Both the position numbers and the translations under genes were made by a program. Under the pieces are notes generated by a model, which worked only from the letters and a program-made list of their open reading frames with translations, ran no database searches and was not told the origin of the DNA. Positions 10,793 through 19,158 of a stretch of 64,000 bases of DNA are shown in pieces. Source of the DNA: an uncultured virus (IMG/VR IMGVR_UViG_3300024272_002111) (taxonomy: Duplodnaviria; Heunggongvirae; Uroviricota; Caudoviricetes). The number at the start of each line of letters is the position of its first letter. Within the stretch, counting starts at the first letter, position 1. The stretch lies in IMG/VR virus record IMGVR_UViG_3300024272_002111. One strand, 5' to 3'.

Positions 10793-12478
10793 TTATTTTC
10801 TAAATGTAAACTGATTTGTCAGTTCACTTAAAGATACAGATTGTGCTGATAACTCTTCACTTACTGCGGAAGTTTCCTCTGCTGTAGCAGAATTGCTCTC
10901 TACTACTGCTGAAATCTGTTCAACATTTGTTTCAATTTCTTTAATCATATCTGTCTGCGTCATAAATGCTTTCGCCATATTACTAGCAGTTACTTCAAAA
11001 TGTTCCATGTCTGCAATGGTCTGTTCCATAATCTTAGTTGTATTCTCTACAATCTTATTACCATTCTGAATTTCCTGAAGCGACTTATTGATTAAGTCTT
11101 TTGTCTTTACTGCTGACTTTGCACTATCTGCGGCAAGCTTACCAATCTGATCAGCTACAACAGCAAATCCACGTCCAGCTTCACCAGCTCTTGCTGCTTC
11201 AATCGAAGCGTTTAAGGATAAGAGGTTCGTCTGAGAAGCAATGTCTTCAATGTCTGCGATAATATCTTCAATTTCTTTAGAAGTATCAGTAATTCGTGTC
11301 ATCGCATTAGTTAACTCAGATGCTTCAACCTTACCTTGTTCTGCCGCAAGTACCGCTGTCTTTACATTATTAACTGTATCTGTTGCTCTGTTTGTACTTT
11401 CTACAGAAATATTTGTAATATTTTCAATCGTTGTAGATAAGCCCTTAATGGCATTTGCCTGCTCAGTAGCACCTTCAGCAATTTCTTGTGCTCCATGTGC
11501 CAACTGCTCTGCACCGGTAGATACCTGATGCACTACCCGATTAATATTATTTAATGTCTCACTCTGATTTTCTGCCGTTACTTTTACATCATTGATAATC
11601 TTCTTAAATGCACCAACATATAATGCTTCATTCTTAGAATTTACATTAAAGTTGCCATTCTTCAATTCATCAAGAACATAAGATAAATCAACAATAATTG
11701 CCTTTAACATATCACATGTTCTTCGGAAAGAATTTGCTAAATCTCCAAGTTCGTCAACAGCTTCGTATTTAATCTCAACATCTAAGTTGCCTAATGTTAA
11801 TTGTTCTGCAACACCTTTAATCTCTTCTACTGGATTTTTTACCATTTCAATTAAGATGTTCACAGCTCTAACAGTAATAATGATACAGGAAATCAACATG
11901 GCAAATAAGAATAACGTACTTGCAATAGTTGTATTACGTGCCATTCTATATTCGTTTGCCGCATCTGCTTCTGCTTCATGGCCAATATCATCTAATAATG
12001 TTTGTAATTCATTAACAACGACTTCATAATCACCTACATATAACATAATTCCGCCAACTTTATCACCGGCATCTACATAATTAATAATTTGTTGATGCAT
12101 AGTTAAGAAGCTTTCCCATAATTTATCAAGCTCTTTAAGCTGACTTTTGTTATGATATTTTTCATTTAACTTCACAATATTCTCTTCGATGTTTTCAATT
12201 GCTGTCGCAACCATTCTCATATGTTCTTCAATCTGAACTGGGTCACTTACAGATACCGCCCATAACATATGCTTACCTGCGTACTGTAAGTCTTTTCTCA
12301 TTTCCAACTGAATAACCGAACTGGTATACGATTCGTTGTAGAATGTTTTAAATTGTTTTGCTGAAATTGTAGAACCTAAAACATTCATAAAAAGAGCAAA
12401 AGTAAATACGAAAATAATAATGTTCATTACTGTTTTAATTTTCTTACCAACCGTTAGCTTTTGTAAATGCTTTTTCAT
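10793..12478 (-). CDS. Methyl-accepting chemotaxis protein (2 TM, four-helix sensor, HAMP, signalling domain)
   Basis: [37 protein letters not shown] hairpin tip; DELGDLA HAMP motif. Confidence 0.95.
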   Translation of the reverse strand: MKKHLQKLTVGKKIKTVMNIIIFVFTFALFMNVLGSTISAKQFKTFYNESYTSSVIQLEMRKDLQYAGKHMLWAVSVSDPVQIEEHMRMVATAIENIEENIVKLNEKYHNKSQLKELDKLWESFLTMHQQIINYVDAGDKVGGIMLYVGDYEVVVNELQTLLDDIGHEAEADAANEYRMARNTTIASTLFLFAMLISCIIITVRAVNILIEMVKNPVEEIKGVAEQLTLGNLDVEIKYEAVDELGDLANSFRRTCDMLKAIIVDLSYVLDELKNGNFNVNSKNEALYVGAFKKIINDVKVTAENQSETLNNINRVVHQVSTGAEQLAHGAQEIAEGATEQANAIKGLSTTIENITNISVESTNRATDTVNNVKTAVLAAEQGKVEASELTNAMTRITDTSKEIEDIIADIEDIASQTNLLSLNASIEAARAGEAGRGFAVVADQIGKLAADSAKSAVKTKDLINKSLQEIQNGNKIVENTTKIMEQTIADMEHFEVTASNMAKAFMTQTDMIKEIETNVEQISAVVESNSATAEETSAVSEELSAQSVSLSELTNQFTFRK

Positions 12479-12516
12479 TTGTATTTTTCCTTTCTTTAGT
12501 ATGAAATTATTTGATA

Positions 12517-12700
12517 CCGTTACTGAAAACTTATAAAAAATTATAAACTTTTATGTTTCATTCCTACTTCAATGTGTATGCTTTCGACGATATAAATATC
12601 AGTCTACTCACAAGTTCTTGTACACTCCATAGGCGTAAATTCCTGGCTAACGCATCAGTACATATCTGCATTAACTTGAAAGTGTTATGCTACAGATTTT
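12517..12700 (-). ncRNA. Putative TnpB omegaRNA scaffold / right end
   Basis: Non-coding tail directly after tnpB, typical of omegaRNA position. Confidence 0.55.
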
Positions 12701-13875
12701 TCTAAAAACATTTCTCCATATCTTTTCAGATTTAAACTTGCTTGATAATCTCTGTCAATTACGTTGCCACATTCACACTTGTAAATGCGGTCACTAAGTT
12801 TTAAATCCTTTTTGATATTTCCACAACAACTACACAATTTAGAACTTGGAAAGAATCTATCTGCAATAATTACAGGAATATTATTCCATGCAGATTTATA
12901 TTCAATTTGTCTCCTAAATTCTCCAAAACACTGTTGTTGTACTGCCTTAGATAAATGTTTATTCTTCATCATCCCTTTGACATTCAAATCTTCTAACACT
13001 ATATAAGATGGTTTGGTTTTCACTATCTCAGTAGTTGTTTGATGTAAATGATTCTGACGAATATTCGTTAGTCTGTGATTTAATTTTAAAAGTTCTTTTT
13101 CTCTTTTTATAATGTTACTTGTTTTGCAGTAACCTCCTCCTTTCTTATTCTTTTCATATCTTCTTGATATGGAACGCTGTAACCTGCGTTTTCTTTTTTC
13201 TAATTTCTTTACTTTTTGAGTTTTATTGATATTTTTATAAGTTATTTTGTCTGAGCATATTGCTAAATCTTTAATTCCTAAATCAATTCCAATACCATCA
13301 TTAGATGGGCGAGAAGCAGAGTCTTCATACTCAATACCAACTGTAATCCACCAATTAATTCCATCATACTTAATACGAGGATTCATGTATTTTGCATTTG
13401 CACTTGGTATACGACCATGTTCAGCAAGTTTAATCCAATTCAATTTTTGCTTATTCTTTTTCTTAGAAGTAGCAAATCCTTCAACTTTTACATGTGTATC
13501 TGTAAATTGTATTTTTACATTGTCTTGATAGAATTTTGGTACTGAATGTTTTCTACTTTTGAATCGTGGAAACTTTGTATATCCTTTGAAGAAATCTCTA
13601 TATGCTTCGCAAGCGTCTTTTATAGCTTGTTTTGTTACATTATTTGAAATGTTATTTAACCATGCATAGCCAGATGTTTTCTTTAACTGCGTAAACTCTT
13701 TTCTTAAATCTCCATCAGATATAAATTTTCCACCATTTTTGTAATTTTCTTGTTCTCTTGCTAATGCCCAGTTATAAGCAAATCTTGCAGTATTAGCATA
13801 TTGAAATAGTTTAGTTTTTTGTTTGTTATTTGGTAATAGCATTACTCTTATTGTTTTTATCATCATCTTCACCAC
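12685..13875 (-). CDS. tnpB: RNA-guided endonuclease TnpB
   Basis: N-terminal HTH (ARFAYNWAL), RuvC D (GIDLG), E (VLEDL), D (IDRD), zinc finger CSCCG/CECG; catalytic triad intact. Confidence 0.95.
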   Translation of the reverse strand: MVKMMIKTIRVMLLPNNKQKTKLFQYANTARFAYNWALAREQENYKNGGKFISDGDLRKEFTQLKKTSGYAWLNNISNNVTKQAIKDACEAYRDFFKGYTKFPRFKSRKHSVPKFYQDNVKIQFTDTHVKVEGFATSKKKNKQKLNWIKLAEHGRIPSANAKYMNPRIKYDGINWWITVGIEYEDSASRPSNDGIGIDLGIKDLAICSDKITYKNINKTQKVKKLEKRKRRLQRSISRRYEKNKKGGGYCKTSNIIKREKELLKLNHRLTNIRQNHLHQTTTEIVKTKPSYIVLEDLNVKGMMKNKHLSKAVQQQCFGEFRRQIEYKSAWNNIPVIIADRFFPSSKLCSCCGNIKKDLKLSDRIYKCECGNVIDRDYQASLNLKRYGEMFLEKSVA

Positions 13876-13896
13876 CTCTCATCCTTTTATGAGAAA

Positions 13897-13967
13897 TCAC
13901 CCAGGGCGAAGTCGAATCGCCATCTCCTCCCGTGTGGAGGTATTCTACCAATTATTACTACCGGGCA
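13897..13967 (-). ncRNA. Atypical/pseudo tRNA with 5-nt anticodon loop
   Basis: Acceptor TGCCCGG/CTGGGTG, stem CCTCC-ACACG-GGAGG, T-arm GGCGA-TTCGACT-TCGCC. Confidence 0.55.
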
Positions 13968-14347
13968 ACCTTTGCTAAAAATGAAATACCTTGTTCAGTT
14001 AACAATTTCTTATTTGATGGTTTAACGTTTCACCAACAACGGACGCTCACCCTACTGCTCACAGGGAACAGTTTTATCATACCACTGACAAGATAATATT
14101 GAAAAAATACACGCGTGACCTATGTATTCGCGACTACATAGGATTATACTTCCCACGTTTTACGTCCCGTTAAAGTATTAAACGCCAGACGTTTCTTCCT
14201 TTCTCCCTTTCGGCAAAAGAAGATAATGCTCCAAACGCTTAGTCGTTACCTCCGTTGTTCACCTCCATCCACGGTAGGGGTATGTTCTTTTTGAACTTGC
14301 CTCAAAAGTCAGACTATACATTAGTCAATTTTGGCTTCATCAGCCAA

Positions 14348-14432
14348 CGACTGTTGAGCGATTCGAACGCTCGGAGCTGTTAAGCTCACTGGTTTTCAAG
14401 ACCAGCTCCTTAAACCACTCGGACAAACAGCC
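14348..14432 (-). tRNA. tRNA-Ser(UGA)
   Basis: Cloverleaf, anticodon arm CTGGT-CTTGAAA-ACCAG, long variable arm, TTCGAAT loop. Confidence 0.9.
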
Positions 14433-14435
14433 AGA

Positions 14436-14508
14436 TGCGAGATATTGGAGTTGAACCAATCGCAACAGCTTTATAAGAACTGCCCCATAACCGCTTGGGT
14501 AATCTCGC
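14436..14508 (-). tRNA. tRNA-Ile(UAU)
   Basis: GCGAGAT/ATCTCGC acceptor, anticodon arm CAGTT-CTTATAA-AGCTG, T-arm ATTGG-TTCAACT-CCAAT. Confidence 0.85.
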
Positions 14509-14696
14509 TTATTTTGCCGGAATATACCGTCCGGCACGGTTGAAAGAGGAGGAGAATCAAACTTCGATTTTATTTAATTATGTCTAGTTTGATTGTTACG
14601 TATTTGTGCGTTTTTGTTTAGGTGACGCACCCCACCGCCTTACAAAAGAGGTTCAAAAATGAAACAACTATCAACCAATGTGTCTTTCGACACAAG

Positions 14697-14769
14697 CTGG
14701 GCATACTGGATTTGAACCAGTGAAATGCAGCAGTCAAAGTGCTGTGCCTTACCGCTTGGCGAATGCCCA
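14697..14769 (-). tRNA. tRNA-Gln(UUG)
   Basis: TGGGCAT/ATGCCCA acceptor, CAGCA-CTTTGAC-TGCTG anticodon arm. Confidence 0.9.
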
Positions 14770-14940
14770 ATGTAATGTGCAGTAGCAATATTATTTTGAT
14801 TTGAGAGGAGGTACGTTGCTACTGCACCTTAACTAAGAAAGGAGGCTTCTTCAATGTACAAAAGAGAAGAACCATTACGAATCTTAGATGTAAGCTTTTT
14901 CATCACTACTATTTAATTATGCGTAGTTTAGAGATTTTTT

Positions 14941-15121
14941 TAAGTTCCTTATTGGAACATCTTTATGATAACACATTCAAACTCATTTGTCAATACTTAT
15001 TTTAAATATTTTAATTTTATCTAGTTTGAAGTGTTTTTAAAGTGTTCCTCTTTGGAACAACTTAATGATATCATATTAAAAAGGATTTGTCAACACCTTT
15101 TTATTTAATTTTACGAAGTTT
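14941..15121 (-). promoter_or_regulatory. Two tandem sigmaA-type promoters upstream of tRNA cluster
   Basis: Twice TTGACA-17bp-TATCAT on minus strand, each preceded by motif B and followed by a GTTCC..GGAAC palindrome. Confidence 0.75.
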
Positions 15122-15124
15122 ATT

Positions 15125-16042
15125 TTAATGGGCTGCGAGATCACAAGCATGAATTTGAAATACCTCCTCAACTGTCTTCTGTCCAAATAATTTAGTATCC
15201 TTCTCCAGCTTCTGCTCGTTATTCTTCCATTCTAAATAAGGTCGCATATGCAACTCAATTAATAAAGCAACATACTGTTTATCAATCCAAGGCCAATTAT
15301 CCATATCAAAGAATAAAGAAGCGTAGCAACCGCTGTTATGGTGGCTAAAGTAGTGAACTTCACCATCATCTTCTCCTTTTCTGTTTTGCGAAGAACGTGT
15401 GACCGGCTTACCAATATCATGCATAAATGCAGCCATGGTTACATCATCAAACTGACCTGTATTTTCTAAACACACTTGACCTGCTTTTTCCATATGATTT
15501 CCTAGAGACAAACCATGATGACTATTACCTTGGTCATAATTCTTTAACTCTTCTATATAATCAAATGGATTACCATAATAACATTCATATTCTGGTTTAG
15601 TATATGCTACTTCTACTTCATTCCAACCTTCTGCCCTAGATGGCATCTGAAAATTGAAATACATACGGAATAATATATCTTCCGGAACCTGACGTTCTCT
15701 TGCAGCATTATTACAAATGCACTCCTCAAAAGGAGTTGCGACAATAACACATTTCTTATAACAGTTTACTCTTTTAAGGGTATAAAGCAAATGGATGCGA
15801 TTACGTCTTCTAAGGTTGGTAGCGTCAATAACCACATTCTTTCCCACTAACAAATCCTCTTTAACTCTTTTATACAAAATGTCAAACACTTCTGTATTAT
15901 GGGATTGATCTGTTTCATCTCCCATTTCCGCACGAATCCTATCTGAAGCATGAACCACATAACCTTCAGATTCATATTTTTCGACATATGTACTTTTACC
16001 TGCACCCGGCAAACCACAGATTAAAATTAATTTACTTTTCAT
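15125..16042 (-). CDS. Polynucleotide kinase (P-loop) fused to HD phosphohydrolase
   Basis: CGLPGAGKST, DATN..R, then HH..H..HDIGK..D HD motifs. Confidence 0.85.
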   Translation of the reverse strand: MKSKLILICGLPGAGKSTYVEKYESEGYVVHASDRIRAEMGDETDQSHNTEVFDILYKRVKEDLLVGKNVVIDATNLRRRNRIHLLYTLKRVNCYKKCVIVATPFEECICNNAARERQVPEDILFRMYFNFQMPSRAEGWNEVEVAYTKPEYECYYGNPFDYIEELKNYDQGNSHHGLSLGNHMEKAGQVCLENTGQFDDVTMAAFMHDIGKPVTRSSQNRKGEDDGEVHYFSHHNSGCYASLFFDMDNWPWIDKQYVALLIELHMRPYLEWKNNEQKLEKDTKLFGQKTVEEVFQIHACDLAAH

Positions 16043-16136
16043 ATCAAATCACCTTCCAATCTTTTACAAATATATCTTGCAATTTTTTCCAATTTGTTGT
16101 ATATTAATGTCATAAAATATAAGGAGGACATCACAT

Positions 16137-16457
16137 ATGGATGATGACGTACCACTCTTACAAACGAGAACCTCTCAGCGTATATTTACTTATGTAATTA
16201 CTGAGAATCTAAACACTACTTATGAAGAAGCCCGTGTTTTTGAATTTGGGATCGAATGCACAGTAACTAACTCTAAAGGGATAGTCATATCTTATAAACA
16301 TGTAAGATGTATATCTCCTGACTTTGATAAAGTATACGGCATTGCCATCCTATTTCAAAAACATAAAGTATATCCGGAACACATGTTGGATATTATTGAT
16401 GATTTGCTTGCTATGAACGAGCTTCCAGAAGCAATTTACTATCCAAAATGCGCCTAA
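16137..16457 (+). CDS. Small opposite-strand protein, DUF6514-like; moron with own promoter and terminator
   Basis: TTGCAA-17-TATATT at 16077-16105, AAGGAGG RBS, hairpin 16466-16495; family resemblance by eye. Confidence 0.6.
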   Translation: MDDDVPLLQTRTSQRIFTYVITENLNTTYEEARVFEFGIECTVTNSKGIVISYKHVRCISPDFDKVYGIAILFQKHKVYPEHMLDIIDDLLAMNELPEAIYYPKCA

Positions 16458-16515
16458 AATAAACCAGGGTGGGGTTAACTCACCCTATTTTTTATACAAT
16501 AAAAAGCATCTTTTA

Positions 16516-16818
16516 TTACTCGTTATCCCGCATTAATTTCTGCCCACACTCCGGACAATATTTATCTATTCCGGGTACAACTGTACCTAAACACGCAGGA
16601 CAGGAATTATTATATACTCCTACTGCTTTTTTAGGTATCTGTTTCTCAATCATGGCCTTTAAATTTGCACCATTGATTTCTATTCGTTGATGATACCCTC
16701 TTTCTGTGTAATATTCTTGAATTACTCCTAAGATAAAGTCATCTGTTTGCTTTATGTTATCATTTACATAAGCCTCAATACTTCCCATATAACCTAAACT
16801 AATCCGTTGATCTGTCAC
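16516..16818 (-). CDS. Hypothetical protein with C-terminal double CxxC
   Basis: KQIPKK..CPAC..YCPECGQ. Confidence 0.65.
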   Translation of the reverse strand: MTDQRISLGYMGSIEAYVNDNIKQTDDFILGVIQEYYTERGYHQRIEINGANLKAMIEKQIPKKAVGVYNNSCPACLGTVVPGIDKYCPECGQKLMRDNE

Positions 16819-16935
16819 GCTGCTACTCCCTTATTTCTTTTGTTTTCTTCTTGCCATTCTTTCAAGGCTTCTATACTCTTTTTGATTTCTAACATGAGAT
16901 TATATATGACCTCTGCTAATTCTCTGTTTGTCATA

Positions 16936-17304
16936 CTACTCTCCCTTCTGATATGGTGCAATCGGCAAAGGCATCCATTCAATTACGCAATTATCAACCT
17001 CAAAACTTGAACGATAACCCATATCAATAAGTACATGCATTTTCATTGTTCTAAAACACTGTCCGTAAATATCATAAGTGCTTTGATACACTCTGTTTCC
17101 ATCAGTGACAATGAATCTACCATCATTCTGAAAAAATTCTTCTTTGCTCGGCAATCTCTCATTGCAAGGAATCCAACCATATTCCTTTGCTACTTCTTGC
17201 TTTTCCATTGCTTCGATTGCCATATCCAATGCCATCTGCTCCCTAAAGTCTAAACAATTTACTGGAAATGATTTTAATTCTGCCAATGCTTCCGCTTCCG
17301 TCAT
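16936..17304 (-). CDS. DUF551-like phage protein
   Basis: WIPCNERLP...WMPLP. Confidence 0.7.
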   Translation of the reverse strand: MTEAEALAELKSFPVNCLDFREQMALDMAIEAMEKQEVAKEYGWIPCNERLPSKEEFFQNDGRFIVTDGNRVYQSTYDIYGQCFRTMKMHVLIDMGYRSSFEVDNCVIEWMPLPIAPYQKGE

Positions 17305-17307
17305 TCC

Positions 17308-17583
17308 TTACCCCTCCTTTAACTCCTCTGCCACTTCATTGATTTTTCTAGCACAATACCAATCTCTGCCATCAACATCTAATTTGCTTAGAATCAACTC
17401 CGCAAATTCATCAATAGCCGATGCCCTTATCTCTGCTTCGGTTGTGGTTTCCATGAACTTGGCGTGTTCCATTGCATCGTGAATTGCTTCCATGTAACCC
17501 TTGCCCCAATCAGTAATGCCATTCATGTCTAATTCTCGTTCAAGTAAAAACATCAGCTTACTTCTATCAATTAACTCTGCCAT
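17308..17583 (-). CDS. Hypothetical phage protein
   Basis: GGAGG RBS before MAELIDR. Confidence 0.6.
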   Translation of the reverse strand: MAELIDRSKLMFLLERELDMNGITDWGKGYMEAIHDAMEHAKFMETTTEAEIRASAIDEFAELILSKLDVDGRDWYCARKINEVAEELKEG

Positions 17584-17771
17584 CACTCCACCTCCGAAAT
17601 CTAATAAGACCAATTACCATAAGCAAAATGTCCTAAATAACTTCCACATTCTTTGCAATGCAAATCATATTCTACAAGAATTGCATCTTCAAAATGTTCA
17701 TTTCGAACCTCTTTTTCCACACACCCACAATCACATTCGATTGGTGGATAATCTCTTTTATCGTAACTCAT

Positions 17772-18047
17772 CTACTCCACCCCACCTTTCCGAACAATTT
17801 CAAATATCCTGCTCCATGCGCAAATCTTACAGCCTTGTCCTTGTGCAAATTCTTCACTGCATTTACTGTTGCAACCCATGTAGCGTTTTAACTCTTCAAT
17901 AACTGCTTCTACATCATAAGCTGTCTTTGCATTGCTGATTTTTGCTGCGCATTGATAGAATGCTTGATGCTTTGCCCTATCGTATTCATAGTCTGCATCG
18001 TTCTCTATTTCCTGTATCAAAGGCTCTGCATATACTAACCGTGCCAT
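17772..18047 (-). CDS. Hypothetical phage protein
   Basis: MARLVYAE..TAYDVEAVIEEL; RBS upstream. Confidence 0.6.
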   Translation of the reverse strand: MARLVYAEPLIQEIENDADYEYDRAKHQAFYQCAAKISNAKTAYDVEAVIEELKRYMGCNSKCSEEFAQGQGCKICAWSRIFEIVRKGGVE

Positions 18048-18364
18048 CACTCTTCCTCCGAAATCTTTATAGGCTTTCCACAGTATGGGCATATACAATC
18101 AAAATCTTCCAAAACAATTCGTAAATTCTTAATATATGAACTGTTATAGGTTGAACATTTTTCATCTGCACAATGCCACGCAATTCCAGTGTTTTCTTCA
18201 AGTTTCCACTCACAACAATCCGATTCCCACTTTGCTTCGGCTTCGTTAATGATGCGATTGACTCTTTTAATGCCTGTGTACTCTTCTCCGAATAACTCCA
18301 CACCTATTGTTGCGTTTATCTCCTCACGCATCCAATCAAATATCTGTTTTATCGTCATTTTCAC
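18047..18364 (-). CDS. Hypothetical protein with CPYCG zinc motif
   Basis: ORF with AGAAAGGAA RBS. Confidence 0.6.
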   Translation of the reverse strand: MKMTIKQIFDWMREEINATIGVELFGEEYTGIKRVNRIINEAEAKWESDCCEWKLEENTGIAWHCADEKCSTYNSSYIKNLRIVLEDFDCICPYCGKPIKISEEE

Positions 18365-18462
18365 TTTCCTTTCTAAACGACGAAAAAATCCCTTTATTTA
18401 TAAGGGTTTTCAAGGGATTTTCGCCATTATTCTCATAAAAACTACCCAATAAAAAACATTTT

Positions 18463-19158
18463 TTATTCACTCTTTTGGTTTAATTTTGTCCAGTTATACC
18501 ATCCATACAGACAGTTGATTGTCCATGCAATATACATCGCAACCATAGACCAGTTGCCATCAACAAACCACATCTTCAAACATAAAATATCAATTGCTAA
18601 CCACCAAATCCACTGCTCTCTATAACCCTTAATCATTAAAAGCTGTGCTACAATTGCAAATACATTTGTTGCTGCATCTGTATATGCCTGCTGACTATTA
18701 ATAAGAGTTAATGCATATCCAGTACCCATTGTTAATGCACCGGTTACAGCTCCGGATAAAAGCCACTGTTTAACTGTAAATTTCTTCGCCTTAACCTGAG
18801 TAGAACCATCGTCATTCTTATTCATGTTCTTTTTCCAAATGAAAATACCCCAAATCATAGTTACAAGATAAAAGATATTCTCTAAGAACTCACCGTAAAA
18901 CCTTGCTTCCCATGTAAGCCATAAACAAATACCAGTCTGCACAAATCCAATAAAGTAAAAACTCAACTTTCCCTTTGCACAAAGTACTACAGAAATTGTT
19001 CCTGCAACACCTGCAATCATACTTAACCAAGAGTCCGGAGCAACTACAAATACTGCAATCTGTAATACAACCATAGAAATCATAAATAACTTTTCAAATA
19101 CGTTATATCCTACCCAAAATTCATTCAATAACCAATTCTTAATTCTTTCCATTTTCAA
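18463..19158 (-). CDS. pnuC: Nicotinamide riboside transporter PnuC
   Basis: Multi-TM protein, YTDA..TN...AQLLM..YREQWIWW motif; overlaps nadR stop. Confidence 0.9.
   Translation of the reverse strand: MKMERIKNWLLNEFWVGYNVFEKLFMISMVVLQIAVFVVAPDSWLSMIAGVAGTISVVLCAKGKLSFYFIGFVQTGICLWLTWEARFYGEFLENIFYLVTMIWGIFIWKKNMNKNDDGSTQVKAKKFTVKQWLLSGAVTGALTMGTGYALTLINSQQAYTDAATNVFAIVAQLLMIKGYREQWIWWLAIDILCLKMWFVDGNWSMVAMYIAWTINCLYGWYNWTKLNQKSE

Larger units (their letters stand above)
12517..13899 (-). mobile_element. TnpB-only IS607/IS605-superfamily element (no TnpA)
   Basis: tnpB followed by ~170 nt structured 3' region ending ...AGTTTTCAGTAACGG; no transposase gene; boundaries inferred. Confidence 0.6.

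Noticed and set aside
14235..14325. Group I intron-like R (GTAACGACTAAGCG) and S (TGTATAGTCTGA) words
   Set aside because: Order is reversed, the S-like word pairs locally as GACTA-ATGTA-TAGTC, and no P/Q elements or split exon were found
14290..14345. CTGATGA just after tRNA-Ser suggesting a hammerhead ribozyme
   Set aside because: No GAAA after a plausible stem II and no stem I/III partners found
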